Shown: positions 19,206 to 29,525, numbered from the stretch's first letter. The stretch is DNA of 64,000 bases from Myxococcota bacterium (GCA_036229005.1 JAZAMN010000022.1:1-64000), one strand, 5' to 3'. Program-made: numbers and translations. Notes: generated by a model not told the origin, from the sequence alone.

Positions 19206-20894
19206 ATGTACAAGCGCTTTCTCGTGCTCGGCGGCGCCGGTCTGGTCGGTACCCAGGTGGTCCGGCACCTCTGCCGCACCATGAACCCGGAGACCATCAC
19301 GGTCGCGTCCCTGCGCCGCGAAGAGGCCGTCAGCGCCTGCGAAGCCTTCGAGCGCGAGTTCCCCGAGGGCGTCTCCTTCGTCCCCGCCTGGGGCAACCTC
19401 TTCGTCTCGGAAGAGCTGGCCAACAGCGACCGCGGCGCCCTGCTCTGCGACCCCGTCAAGCGCGCGGCCCTGATGCGCGCCGTGTACGGCGATTTTGACG
19501 CTGCCTACGAAGAGAACCAGCTCGTCACCATCATCCGCGGCCACAGGCCCCAGGTGATCGTGGACGCGGTGAACACCGCCACGGGCTTCTCGTACATGGA
19601 CATTTTCGACGGCGCCGCCAAGGTCCAGGACTGGATCGGCGAGGCCGGGTTCAACCCCGAGGGCACCCAGGACCTGGAGGCCTTCCTGCTCTCCCAGTCG
19701 GTCCCCCAGCTCATCCGCCACGTGCGCTTTGTGCACCGCTCCACCATCGAGGTGGGGGTCAAGGTCTACGTCAAGGTCGGCACCACCGGCACCGGCGGCA
19801 TGGGCATGAACATCCCCTACACCCACTCCGAGGACCGGCCCTCCAAGAAGCTGCTGGCCAAGACCGAGGCCGCGTTCGGCCACACCGGCCTGCTCTTCCT
19901 GCTGGCCCGCACCCCCGACGCCCCCATCGTCAAGGAGGTCAAGCCGGCGGCCATGATCGGCTACCGCGCGGTCAAGGTGAAGCAGGTCTCGGACAAGCAC
20001 GGGAACCGCGATCTGGTCGCACCCCAGGCCACACCGCTCAGCGAGCTGGCCACCCTGGAGCTCCGTCAGGACGCCGGCCGATACGAGGTCACCGGTGCGC
20101 TGGACGTGGCGGTGGTCGACACCGGCGAGAACGGCGTGTTCACCCGCGGGGAGTTCTCGGCCATCACCGCCCTGGGCCAGATGGAGTACGTGACGCCGGA
20201 GGAGATCGCCGCCCTCGTGGTCCGCGAGATCCGCGGCGCCACCACCGGCCGCGACATCATCTCCGCGCTGGACGGCGCGGTGCTGGACCCCAGCTACAAG
20301 GCCGGTCTGGTGCGCGGCGTGGCCCTGCAGGATCTGGAGGCGGTCGAGACCGCCAGCCTGATGGACAACACCGGCGTGCCCAGCATCGCCCTGGGCCGCC
20401 TGGGCCCACCCGAGCTCTCCAAGCTGCTGTTCGAGGGCGCCCTGCTGCGCCACGTCTACGGCACCCTGGAGGCCCTGGCCAACGACACCGCGGACGCCAA
20501 GGCCGCCGCCGAGCGCCTGCAGGACGCCCTGGAGCCCACCCAGGTGGGCACCCTGGCCCCCTCCATCGGCATCCCCGTGCTGCTGGCCGACGGCGACACC
20601 CTGCTGCGCGGCCCCCGCATCAACGTGCCCGAGGTCCTGGGCCACCGCACCCAGGTCGACCTGGACGACGAGCACGTGGACACCTGGGCCGCCAAGGGCT
20701 GGGTGGACCTGCGCGCCCGCAACCTGGACCGCTGGCGCGACCGCGCCCGCCGCATGATCCAGGCCCGCACCGACCTGCGCGTCGCCGGCTCCGCCGCGGC
20801 CACCATCCAGTCCTACATGAGCAACCGCTTCGAGATCGGCGAGGTGGTGGCCTGGGTGTTCAACAATGAGATGGGTGGGCACCGGGTAAAGTAG
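19206..20894 (+). CDS. Atypical NAD(P)-binding Rossmann-fold (SDR-like) protein
   Basis: LVLGGAGLVG dinucleotide motif; VIVDAVNTA; second Gly-rich KVGTTGTGGMG; 562 aa. Confidence 0.65.
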   Translation: MYKRFLVLGGAGLVGTQVVRHLCRTMNPETITVASLRREEAVSACEAFEREFPEGVSFVPAWGNLFVSEELANSDRGALLCDPVKRAALMRAVYGDFDAAYEENQLVTIIRGHRPQVIVDAVNTATGFSYMDIFDGAAKVQDWIGEAGFNPEGTQDLEAFLLSQSVPQLIRHVRFVHRSTIEVGVKVYVKVGTTGTGGMGMNIPYTHSEDRPSKKLLAKTEAAFGHTGLLFLLARTPDAPIVKEVKPAAMIGYRAVKVKQVSDKHGNRDLVAPQATPLSELATLELRQDAGRYEVTGALDVAVVDTGENGVFTRGEFSAITALGQMEYVTPEEIAALVVREIRGATTGRDIISALDGAVLDPSYKAGLVRGVALQDLEAVETASLMDNTGVPSIALGRLGPPELSKLLFEGALLRHVYGTLEALANDTADAKAAAERLQDALEPTQVGTLAPSIGIPVLLADGDTLLRGPRINVPEVLGHRTQVDLDDEHVDTWAAKGWVDLRARNLDRWRDRARRMIQARTDLRVAGSAAATIQSYMSNRFEIGEVVAWVFNNEMGGHRVK

Positions 20895-20902
20895 CTGCCC
20901 TG

Positions 20903-21316
20903 ATGCTCTCCCTTGTTCTGCCCCTGCTCCTTGCCTGCAGAAGCCCCGAAGACACCGCGAGCGAAGGCTGCTCTTCCCCTGAAGTGGCCCGCACGAACTG
21001 GGCCCTTGGGCAGTGTCAGTGGTACGCGTGCTTCTATGGGGAGGGCGAGATGTTCGAGGGAGAGTCCTTTGACCAGGAGCGCTGCATCCAGGACGAGCTG
21101 GTGCGTTTCGACCGGCTCTCGGAAGGCCTCTGCGTCGATGTCTGTGCGGTAGACGACATCAACGAGCGCTTCCTTGGCTACCACAGCGAGCTGGGTTGCG
21201 ATCACCTGCCTGGCCCCAAGAGCTACGGCTTCTACGCCTGCGAAGAGACGCCCCCCTCCGAGCGCGAGGGCTACGAGGACTACATGGAGTGCGCGTGCTC
21301 GGGGTGCTGCGTGTGA
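20903..21316 (+). CDS. Cys-rich putative lipoprotein, tandem copy 1
   Basis: MLSLVLPLLLAC; 12 further Cys; ends CACSGCCV. Confidence 0.75.
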   Translation: MLSLVLPLLLACRSPEDTASEGCSSPEVARTNWALGQCQWYACFYGEGEMFEGESFDQERCIQDELVRFDRLSEGLCVDVCAVDDINERFLGYHSELGCDHLPGPKSYGFYACEETPPSEREGYEDYMECACSGCCV

Positions 21317-21374
21317 TGGGATTGGGGCTCCTGAGTCTGCCCATCACAGGCAAGGTCTTCTGCGAGGAGACCTG

Positions 21375-21776
21375 ATGCTCTCCCTTGTCCTGCCCCTGCT
21401 CTTTGCCTGCAGAAGCCCCGAAGACACCGCAAGCGACGGCTGCTCTTCACCGGAGATGGCCCGCACGAACTGGGCCCTTGGGCAGTGTCAGTGGTACGAA
21501 TGCCACTATGACCAGGACGGCGTGGCATTCGACCAAGAGCGCTGCATCGAAGACGAGCTCTTCAGCTACGATCACTTGGCCGAAGGCCTCTGCATCGACA
21601 CCTGCACGGTAGACGACATCAACGAACGCTTCCTTGGCTACCACGGAGAGCTGGGCTGCGATCACCGGCCAGGCCCCAGCAGCTACGGCTTCTACGCCTG
21701 CGAGGAGACGCCCCCCTCCAAGCGAGACGGCTACGAGGAGTACATGGAGTGCGAGTGCACGGGCTGCTGCGTGTGA
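21375..21776 (+). CDS. Cys-rich putative lipoprotein, tandem copy 2
   Basis: GAGGAG RBS; MLSLVLPLLFAC; Cys pattern matches copy 1; ends CECTGCCV. Confidence 0.78.
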   Translation: MLSLVLPLLFACRSPEDTASDGCSSPEMARTNWALGQCQWYECHYDQDGVAFDQERCIEDELFSYDHLAEGLCIDTCTVDDINERFLGYHGELGCDHRPGPSSYGFYACEETPPSKRDGYEEYMECECTGCCV

Positions 21777-21933
21777 TGGGATGGGTGTGTAGGCCCCTGT
21801 AGTGCTTCACACCGACCGCAAACCGAGAAAACCGGATCCACCGAATCGAGTCGTCCTGCTCCCGGCTGCTCCGCGACGAGCGCAGGACAAGCCCAGCCTG
21901 ACCTCGCTGGTGGAGGGGGTGCACAGAGTGAGA

Positions 21934-21959
21934 AAGCCCCCGGGGTGACCCGGGGGCTT
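21934..21959. terminator. Rho-independent terminator-like hairpin
   Basis: AAGCCCCCGGG-GTGA-CCCGGGGGCTT perfect stem between convergent genes. Confidence 0.75.
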
Positions 21960-21998
21960 GCTTGTGCTCAGAGGCTCAAAAGGTGAGCCAACCAGCTC

Positions 21999-23942
21999 CT
22001 ATTTGGCCGGAGCCGGCTCCTCCTCCTTCTCCTCGGACTTGGGGGCGCCGCCCTCCAGGCGCTCGAGGAGGATGGTGGCGATGTCGTCGACCTGGGTCTT
22101 CTCGTCCTTGGCGACGGCCAGCATGCGGTGGCAGCCGGAGCAGCCGGTGACGATGCGGTCCTTCTTGGTGTCCTCCATGATCTGCGCGAAGCGGTTCTTG
22201 GAGACCTTGGCGGGGCTGTCCCACAGGAAGCCGCCGCCGCCGCCGCCGCAGCAGCTCGGGACGTCGGGGTCCTTGCCGGCGGTCAGGCCGGTGACGCCCG
22301 CGGTGGACAACAGACCGTCGAAGATGGCGGTCTCGTCGTTGTGGATGGTCTTGCAGGGGTGGTGGACAGCGACGGTCTCGGCGCTGGCATTGACCTTGAG
22401 CTTGCCCTGGGCGACCAGGTCGGTGAGCAGCTTGATGTGGCTCATGACGCCGGTGAAGGGGGCCTTGCCCATCTGCTCGGCGGCGGCCGAGAGCTGCACG
22501 GAGACGTTGTCCTTGCAGTGGGGGCAGATGGTGAGGATCTTCTTGCTGTGGTCCTCCTCGAAGACGTCGGAGAGCTCTTCCACCTTCTCGATCTTGTAGA
22601 AGGGCCAGTCCTCGAAGACGCCGCCGCCGTGCAGCAGGCCCTCGCCCCAGCAGGTCTCGTCCTCGAGCACGCCGTACTTGACGCCGGCAGCCTCGAGCAG
22701 GCGGGCGGTGGCGACCACGACGGGGCGGACGTCCGGGCTGTAGGAGCCCTGGCAGCCCAGGATGAAGAGGATGTCGTGCTCTTCGGCGTCGTAGAAGGGG
22801 ATGTTGTTGGCCTCGATGAACTCGTTCCGGTCATCCGAGTCCGCGGCGAAGATGTTGCCGGTGCTGGAGACAGGGCTGGCGCCGGTGTCCTTGAGGGCGC
22901 GGGGCGGGTAGTGCCCGGCGGCGGTCATGCGGCTGCGGATCTCCAGGCCAGCGCGGCTGGGGCGGTTGCCCACGGGGCAGACGTTGTCGCAGGCGCGGCA
23001 CTGGGTGCAGGTGGACAGGATGTCGGGGGGCACCAGCTCGACGAAGGCCTCCTCGCCGACCTCCGGGTCGCGGAAGGAGAGGACGAAGTGGTCGCGGGGC
23101 GCCAGGCCGGCCTCAGCCGAGGGGCAGGCGTCGTTGCAGCGGCCACACTCGATGCAGGCGGCGGGGTCGAACAGCGTGTGGAAGGAGTAGTCCATCACGC
23201 CGTTGGGCATGCCGACGCGGGCCAGCTCGGCCTCGAAGTAGTCGTCGTCGGCGTCCTCGTCGCTCATGTCCAGGTCGGAGCCGGGGATGAAGCGGTCGGA
23301 GGGCAGCTCGGTCATGTGCTTGAGCACGACGTTGACCGGGCCGACAACCAGGTGGAAGTGCTTGCCGTAGGCGATCAGGCTGGGGAAGCCGCACAGGATG
23401 AGGGTGTGGATCCACCAGTTGACCATGGCCCCGGTGTTGTCCAGGTTGTCCATGCCGGGGACGTAGCGCTCGACCAGGTAGGTGATCATCAGGCTGCCGA
23501 TGAGCAGCAGGACGATGCCCGACTCCAGCATGTGGGTGAGCTGGTTGCGCATGACGGTGTAGCGGCGGATGGCCAGCGCGATGACGCCCGAGAGGACGGC
23601 CACGGCGAAGAAGTCCAGCACGTAGTCGAAGGGGCCCAGGTGGATGGGCTCCGACAGGTTGAGCAGACCGTTGAGGATGTGGGTCACGCTCTTGGTGCCG
23701 AACATCACGAAGCCGTAGAAGACGGCAAAGTGGAAGATGCCGGCGCCGGGGCGGTTGGCGATGACCTTCTTCTGGGAGATGACCTCCCAGATGCCGGTCC
23801 AGAGGCCGGCCTGGTTGACGATCTTGATCTCACCGCGCTTGGGCCAGACGTGCTTGAGGCGACGGGTCCAGGCGATGTAGCCAGCGCTGGAGGCGCCAGC
23901 GACGATGGCCAGGACGATGAGGACGGCTTGAATGATGGCCAT
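21999..23942 (-). CDS. Membrane-bound Fe-S oxidoreductase (FadF/GlpC/HdrD-like, CCG domains)
   Basis: N-terminal TM helices; CIECGRCNDACP and CTQCRACDNVCP ferredoxin motifs; CPHC, HHPC, CCGGGGG, GCSGC. Confidence 0.85.
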   Translation of the reverse strand: MAIIQAVLIVLAIVAGASSAGYIAWTRRLKHVWPKRGEIKIVNQAGLWTGIWEVISQKKVIANRPGAGIFHFAVFYGFVMFGTKSVTHILNGLLNLSEPIHLGPFDYVLDFFAVAVLSGVIALAIRRYTVMRNQLTHMLESGIVLLLIGSLMITYLVERYVPGMDNLDNTGAMVNWWIHTLILCGFPSLIAYGKHFHLVVGPVNVVLKHMTELPSDRFIPGSDLDMSDEDADDDYFEAELARVGMPNGVMDYSFHTLFDPAACIECGRCNDACPSAEAGLAPRDHFVLSFRDPEVGEEAFVELVPPDILSTCTQCRACDNVCPVGNRPSRAGLEIRSRMTAAGHYPPRALKDTGASPVSSTGNIFAADSDDRNEFIEANNIPFYDAEEHDILFILGCQGSYSPDVRPVVVATARLLEAAGVKYGVLEDETCWGEGLLHGGGVFEDWPFYKIEKVEELSDVFEEDHSKKILTICPHCKDNVSVQLSAAAEQMGKAPFTGVMSHIKLLTDLVAQGKLKVNASAETVAVHHPCKTIHNDETAIFDGLLSTAGVTGLTAGKDPDVPSCCGGGGGGFLWDSPAKVSKNRFAQIMEDTKKDRIVTGCSGCHRMLAVAKDEKTQVDDIATILLERLEGGAPKSEEKEEEPAPAK

Positions 23943-24069
23943 GATCTCTTCCAGTTGGGAGGCAGCCCGCAGCGGGGCACTCAAACTGAATGGTGATTCA
24001 GTAGGACTCGGATCGCGCCCTTATCCCATTGGGCCGAAAAGGCCCATGCCATCGTATTGATAGCCGTTT

Positions 24070-24561
24070 TCAAGAGCCGCTCTCCCCCATCCTGGGCCCG
24101 TACACGGGCAGCCCTCCGGCGTTCAGACGGTCGAACACCAGGCTGGTCTCCAGGTGGGCGACCTCTTCGCGGGTGGTGAGCTGATCCAGGGCGAGATCCC
24201 GCAGGTGGTGAGCGTCCCGGACGGCCACATGCAGCACGAAGTCGGCCTTGCCGGAGATGTGGAAGGCCTGCACGACCTCGGCGAGCCGGCCCACGTGCTC
24301 CATGAAGGCGTCGAGCTGGTCCCGGCTGTGCTGGCGGAGCTGCACAAGCACCAGGGCCTGGAGACCGACCTGCGCGGCGTCGGGATCGAGCTCGGCGTGG
24401 AAGCCGGCCAGCGCGCCCTCGTCCACCAGGCGACGCACCCGTCCAAGGCAGGTGGAGGGGGCCAGGCCCACCCGCGCGGCCAGCTCCTTGTTGGAGAGGC
24501 GGGCGTCGTCGCGGAGCTGGCGGAGGATCTCGAAGTCGATTCGATCCAGGGGCGTATTCAT
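24070..24561 (-). CDS. Lrp/AsnC family transcriptional regulator
   Basis: LDRIDFEILRQLRDDARLSNKELAARVGLAPSTCLGRVRRL; ISGKADFVL. Confidence 0.92.
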   Translation of the reverse strand: MNTPLDRIDFEILRQLRDDARLSNKELAARVGLAPSTCLGRVRRLVDEGALAGFHAELDPDAAQVGLQALVLVQLRQHSRDQLDAFMEHVGRLAEVVQAFHISGKADFVLHVAVRDAHHLRDLALDQLTTREEVAHLETSLVFDRLNAGGLPVYGPRMGESGS

Positions 24562-24648
24562 GGGCAAATTCCGAAGACTATTCGATTGAAGCGCGAGCCA
24601 GTTGAATCTACGCTCAAAGTATAGCCACTCTGCCGAAGGAGATTGGAA

Positions 24649-25839
24649 ATGTCTTGGGATACCCTGGCTGTCCACGCGGGCCGCGCCGACCTCAAGTCCC
24701 TGGGGGTGCACGCCCCTCCCCTGGATCTGTCCACGACCTACCCCGTGCCGGACCGCGCCGAGGGCACCGCCTCCCTGGAGGCCCTCGCCATGGGCGAGGC
24801 CAAGGCCGACAACCCCGTCTACGCCCGGCTGCACAACCCCACCGTGGCGCGCTTCGAGGAGGGCCTGGCCGCGCTGGAGGGTGCGGACGCCGCGGTCGCC
24901 TTCGCCAGCGGCATGGCCGCGATCACCGCGATGCTCATGGCCTTCTCCCAGAAGGGGAAGCACCTGGTGGCGGTGCGCCCCCTGTACGGGGGCACGGATC
25001 ACCTCCTCAACGCCGGGCTCCTGGGCATGGAGGTGAGCTGGGTGCGGCCCGATCAGGTGCGCGAGGCCATCCGTCCCGACACCGCCCTGGTGCTGGTGGA
25101 GACCCCGGCGAACCCCACCCTGGCGCTGGTCGACATCCGCGACGTGGTGGCCCAGGCCGGCGAGGTCCCGGTGTGCGTGGACTCGACCTTCGCCACCCCG
25201 GTGCTGCAGCGCCCCATGGAGCTGGGCGCGGCCCTGGTCGTGCACTCCGCCACCAAGTTCCTGGGGGGCCACGGCGACGTGCTGGCCGGGGTGGTCGCCT
25301 GCTCCGAAGAGCACGCCGCCCTGCTGCGCCAGATCCGCGTGATCACCGGCGCCGTGCTGCACCCCCTGGCCGGCTACCTGCTGCATCGGGGCCTGCAGAC
25401 CCTGGCGGTGCGCGTGCGTCAGGCCCAGCAGAACGCCCAGGCCCTGGCCGAGCGGCTGGCGGGGCACCCCATGGTCCAGGCCGTGCGCTACCCCGGGCTC
25501 CCCGGCCAGGATCCCCGCGGCCTGATCGGCACGCACCCCGGCGCCCAGATGCGCGGCCCCGGCGCCATCCTGGCCTTCGAGCTGCAGAGCCTCGCCCACG
25601 CCGACCAAGTGATGCGGCGGGTGCGCCTGCTGACCCCGGCGGTGAGCCTGGGCAGCACGGACAGCCTGATCCAGCACCCCGCCGGCCTGACCCACCGCGT
25701 GATCGGCGAGGAGGCCCAGGCCGAGGGCGGGATCACCGCCGGAATGATGCGCATCTCCGTGGGCCTGGAGGACCCGGAGGACCTCTGGCGCGACCTGGTG
25801 CAGGCCATCGAGGGCGAGCGCCTGGCGGCCGCCAAGTAG
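24649..25839 (+). CDS. Cys/Met metabolism PLP enzyme (methionine gamma-lyase / cystathionine gamma-synthase family)
   Basis: YARLHNPT, FASGMAAI, YGGT, ETPANPT, HSATKFLGGHGD, RISVGLE. Confidence 0.9.
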   Translation: MSWDTLAVHAGRADLKSLGVHAPPLDLSTTYPVPDRAEGTASLEALAMGEAKADNPVYARLHNPTVARFEEGLAALEGADAAVAFASGMAAITAMLMAFSQKGKHLVAVRPLYGGTDHLLNAGLLGMEVSWVRPDQVREAIRPDTALVLVETPANPTLALVDIRDVVAQAGEVPVCVDSTFATPVLQRPMELGAALVVHSATKFLGGHGDVLAGVVACSEEHAALLRQIRVITGAVLHPLAGYLLHRGLQTLAVRVRQAQQNAQALAERLAGHPMVQAVRYPGLPGQDPRGLIGTHPGAQMRGPGAILAFELQSLAHADQVMRRVRLLTPAVSLGSTDSLIQHPAGLTHRVIGEEAQAEGGITAGMMRISVGLEDPEDLWRDLVQAIEGERLAAAK

Positions 25840-25906
25840 CGGCCCATCGGATGGAGAGCAGCCGGCCCCCCGGGGCCCTGTTGGCACCCGGACTCGGGGG
25901 GGACGG

Positions 25907-26251
25907 CTACAGGAGTCCGCCCCACTGCTGCTCGGTGTAGGCGCTGCAGGTGGCCTCGTCTGCGGAGAGATCAGCGAGGCGTTCGCTGCACATGGATTCG
26001 GTGCGGTGGGCCGCAGAGGGGTCTCCGGCCGAGATCTCCTCCTCCTCCAACACCAGCAGCTCCCAGGTCCAGACCTCGCAGGAGGCCTGGAAGTCCTGGC
26101 CGTCGCTGTAGCCGGCGTCCTCCCAGCCCAGGCCCCAGTCCTCCAGGCAGGCGCCGTAGAGGCTCTGGGCCTCCGCGCACATCTGCAGGCAGGGCTCGGG
26201 GGCCTGGTCGGGGTGGGCCGCGCAGGCCAGCAGCGACAGCCAGATCGGCAT
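25907..26251 (-). CDS. Small Cys-containing hypothetical lipoprotein
   Basis: MPIWLSLLAC; TGATG overlap with the upstream gene. Confidence 0.6.
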   Translation of the reverse strand: MPIWLSLLACAAHPDQAPEPCLQMCAEAQSLYGACLEDWGLGWEDAGYSDGQDFQASCEVWTWELLVLEEEEISAGDPSAAHRTESMCSERLADLSADEATCSAYTEQQWGGLL

Positions 26252-27405
26252 CAGTAGAAGGCCATGGAGCTGATGCCCAGGGTGGAGCTGATGTAGCCCC
26301 CCTCAGCGGTCAGGTCAGAGCAGCTGTTGATGTCCACGAGCATGGCGCCGCCGGCCACGCTGTTGGTCCAGTCGTAGCCCACGGAGATCCAGGCCTCGCC
26401 CTTGTTGTTGAGCCAGGGGCCGGAGCTGTAGGGCAGCTCGCCGCCGAGCTGGGTCATGGTCTCGGCGTCAGCGTCCAGGCAGTAGATCTCGGTGCCGTAG
26501 CTGGGGGTGTAGACGGTCATCAGGGCCTTGCCGGCGTCGTTCATGACCATGCCGCCGATGTCGCCGGAGACGTCGGACTCGGTCACGATGGGCTCGGAGA
26601 GCAGGCCCTCGGAGAGGCTGAGGGTGCGCAGGTCGCCGTCGGGGCTGCCGTACATGCCGGTCTGGACGAACACCACGTCGCTGTCCTGGGGGTGGGCGCT
26701 GATGCGGGGGTTGACGCCCACCTCGTGGCTGCCGACGATGGCCTCGGTGGCGCAGTCGATCTCCAGGACCTGGCCGGGGCCGGCGCTGGCGAAGGTCTCC
26801 TGGTCCAGGATCTGGAGGGCAAGGATCAGGCGGTCGCCGTCCTTGATCATCGCGGCGGCTTCAGGCAGGCCGTCGGCGTCGGCGTAGGCGCTCAGGTCGA
26901 TGGCGCCCGCGGGGTTGCCCTCGGCGGAGAAGATGGCGACCTTGTCCACGCCGTACTGGCTGACGAAGATCTTGTCGTCGCAGAAGTAGGCGGCCTGGGG
27001 GTTGGAGCCCTCGGCCAGGGAGATCTCCTGGGGGTTGGACCAGTCGCCGATGTCGTAGATGCGCAGGTAGTCGAAGCCGTAGCGGCCGAGCTGCAGGACC
27101 TTGCCCTGGTCCACGGTGACCCAGGCGTCAGAGGCGATGTCGGCCACGTCGGTGGCGTTGCGGCTGTCCAGCGCGAAGGTGGTCAGGGCGCCCACCGAGT
27201 AGTCGGTGGTGGTGGCGATGGCCATGGTGTGCTCGGGGTCGGCGTCCGCGTCGGAGTCGGAGTCGGCGTCCGAGTCGGCGTCGGCGTCGGCGTCGGCGTC
27301 GGTGTCGGCGTCAGCCTCTTCGGTGTCGCCGGTCTCCTCCAGATCGGCGGCGGGGGGGCAGCCCAGCAGGACGGCGAGGGACAGGGACAGGGCGGTGAGG
27401 GTCAT
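26251..27405 (-). CDS. Beta-propeller (YncE/BtuG-like) lipoprotein
   Basis: MTLTALSLSLAVLLGC lipobox, DA/DS acidic linker, SNPQ and VGVNP blade-like motifs; ATGA overlap with the TonB receptor. Confidence 0.65.
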   Translation of the reverse strand: MTLTALSLSLAVLLGCPPAADLEETGDTEEADADTDADADADADSDADSDSDADADPEHTMAIATTTDYSVGALTTFALDSRNATDVADIASDAWVTVDQGKVLQLGRYGFDYLRIYDIGDWSNPQEISLAEGSNPQAAYFCDDKIFVSQYGVDKVAIFSAEGNPAGAIDLSAYADADGLPEAAAMIKDGDRLILALQILDQETFASAGPGQVLEIDCATEAIVGSHEVGVNPRISAHPQDSDVVFVQTGMYGSPDGDLRTLSLSEGLLSEPIVTESDVSGDIGGMVMNDAGKALMTVYTPSYGTEIYCLDADAETMTQLGGELPYSSGPWLNNKGEAWISVGYDWTNSVAGGAMLVDINSCSDLTAEGGYISSTLGISSMAFY

Positions 27406-29435
27406 GGGGTCTCCGGAGAGGGCGACCAGCGCAGGGTCAACAGGACCGTGCGGCCGGGCAGCGGATAGCCGACAAAGTCGGTGAGTGGTTGAAGGATCAG
27501 GTTGTCGTCCTGGGGATCCAGGACGTTGCGGGCCACGGCCTCGACGCGCTGATCGCGCAGGTTGAGGACCGAGAGCTCCAGGGAGGGGAGCGCCGGCTTG
27601 GGCTGCACCCGCAGGAACACGCCGTGCAGGCTGCGGGGGGGCACCAGGTACCAGTTCGTGCGGTCCCAGTAGGACTGGGCGCTGTAGCTCCAGGTGTGCC
27701 CCAGGCGGACGCGCTCGCCCCAGTGCACCGAGCTGACCTGGGAGAGCTCCCAGAGGGGGATGCGGGGGAGCTGGTTGTCGGCCACGGCCGGGTCGGCGGT
27801 GAGGTTCACGCTCAGGGTGCGGGTCAGGTTGGACTGCAGCGAGACCCAGCCATGGAGCTCGGCGCTCAGGGCGGCCTCGACCCCCTGCACCCACGCGCGG
27901 CCGACGTTGTGGGCCACCAGGGTCTTCTGCGAGTTCTGGCTCCAGGTGATCAGGTTCTCGCTGTTCCGCCAGTAGTGCCCCAGCTCCAGGCTGCCCTGGA
28001 TGCCCCAGCTCTGGGGGCTCTGCAGGCGCGCGCCCACGTCGGCCTGCCAGCCGGACTCGGGGGAGAGATCGGGGTTGCCCACGAGCACGCCGCGGTCCCC
28101 GTAGAGCTCTCCAAAGTCGGGGGGGCGCAGATAGCGGCCCGCGCTGGCCTTGAGGATCACCCCCTGGACCGGCAGGGCAGCCACCCCGATCCGGGGGGTG
28201 AACGCCGCCAGCGAGGACACACTGGCGCTGTCCACCCACAGCCCCTGCAGCACGGGGGAGACCCGCAGGCGCTCCTTGAGCAGCCACAGGTCAGCGGAGG
28301 CGGCGGCCCCGGTGGTCCAGCGCAGGTGCTGTTCGGCCTTGGCGCCGGGGTCCATCAGGTCCTGCGCGCTGGCCTGGTCCAAGCGGCCCCACGCGGTCCC
28401 CCGCAGGATCACGCTGGGGCTGGGCGCCCAGGCCACGCTCGCCAGAGTGCCGAGCTGCTGGGTGCTGGTGCGCTGCTCCCGGGCGCCGAGCACGATCTCC
28501 CCCAGGGGGTCATCCAGGGTCTCGACGCGGAGCTGGTGCCAGGCGCGGGCGGAGAGGCTGAGCTGCCCTGTCCCTGCCTGGGCCTGCAGCCCGACCAGGT
28601 TCCGGCGGCTGTCCAGGCGGGTCTGGTAGGAGCGGGCGCCGCTGTGGCCCGCCAGCCCCTCCTCCCGGAGCATGGGGGCCCAGAGCAGGCTGAGCTCGGC
28701 GGGGCCGACGGGGCGCTCCAGGCGCAGCAGGCCGGAGATCTGGTCGCTGTCGTTGTTCTGGCGGACCTGGAGGCGGTCGTCCATCAGCGTGTAGCGGGTG
28801 CCGCCGTCGTCGAAGTAGGAGAAGTCCCCGTCGGAGTGGAAGGCCTCCCCCAGCACGAGCACGCGGGTCTGACCGAGCTGCCCGGCGTGGGAGGCGCCGG
28901 CCTTGCGGTATCCAAAGCTGCCCACGCTGCCGTGGACCTGGGTGCCGCGGGCGTCTCCAGGGACCAGGTTGACCACGCCGCCGATGGGGGCCGCGCCGAG
29001 CTGGGGAGGCGGGTTGCCGCGGTAGATCTCCACCCGCTCGAAGCTGTGCAGCGGCAGCTCGCTGAGGTTGACCGCCGCGCTGCCGTCGGGGTTCAGCGGG
29101 ATCCCGTCCAGGTGGATCTGCACCTGGCGGCTGCTGGAGCCCCGGATGCTGACGGTGGCGTAGTCCCCCAGGCCGCCCAGGCGGTTGACGGTGGTGCCCG
29201 AGGCGCTGTCCACGACCTGCGCGACGTCCCAGCTCGAGGGCAGGCGCTCGTCGACCTGGATGACGGTGACGGGGGCGGCGCTGCGCTGGGGATCGGCCTG
29301 CTCGCTGCGTTCACCGTGGACCTCGATGACGCCGCCGGCCTCCCCTCCCCCATCGGACGCAGCCCCATCGGACGCACCGGTGTCTTCCTGGGCGAGCGCC
29401 AGGGAGAGCAGCAGGATGGGCGAGATGGGGGACAT
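27402..29435 (-). CDS. btuB: TonB-dependent receptor, probable cobalamin receptor
   Basis: Plug motif SIRGSSSRQVQIHLDGIPLN, ERVEIYRG, IGGVVNL; C-terminal YPLPGRTVLLTLRW; directly downstream of a cobalamin riboswitch. Confidence 0.85.
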   Translation of the reverse strand: MSPISPILLLSLALAQEDTGASDGAASDGGGEAGGVIEVHGERSEQADPQRSAAPVTVIQVDERLPSSWDVAQVVDSASGTTVNRLGGLGDYATVSIRGSSSRQVQIHLDGIPLNPDGSAAVNLSELPLHSFERVEIYRGNPPPQLGAAPIGGVVNLVPGDARGTQVHGSVGSFGYRKAGASHAGQLGQTRVLVLGEAFHSDGDFSYFDDGGTRYTLMDDRLQVRQNNDSDQISGLLRLERPVGPAELSLLWAPMLREEGLAGHSGARSYQTRLDSRRNLVGLQAQAGTGQLSLSARAWHQLRVETLDDPLGEIVLGAREQRTSTQQLGTLASVAWAPSPSVILRGTAWGRLDQASAQDLMDPGAKAEQHLRWTTGAAASADLWLLKERLRVSPVLQGLWVDSASVSSLAAFTPRIGVAALPVQGVILKASAGRYLRPPDFGELYGDRGVLVGNPDLSPESGWQADVGARLQSPQSWGIQGSLELGHYWRNSENLITWSQNSQKTLVAHNVGRAWVQGVEAALSAELHGWVSLQSNLTRTLSVNLTADPAVADNQLPRIPLWELSQVSSVHWGERVRLGHTWSYSAQSYWDRTNWYLVPPRSLHGVFLRVQPKPALPSLELSVLNLRDQRVEAVARNVLDPQDDNLILQPLTDFVGYPLPGRTVLLTLRWSPSPETP

Positions 29436-29525
29436 GTCCGGCCGGGGTCGGGGGGCACAGACAGAGGTCCACCAAGGCGGTGGTTCCTGAGCCTGTCTGC
29501 ATCCCCGCAGGCAAGTTCGTGGACG

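Noticed and set aside
27236..27312. Hexamer DNA microsatellite
   Set aside because: Simply encodes the Asp-Ala/Asp-Ser linker of the lipoprotein
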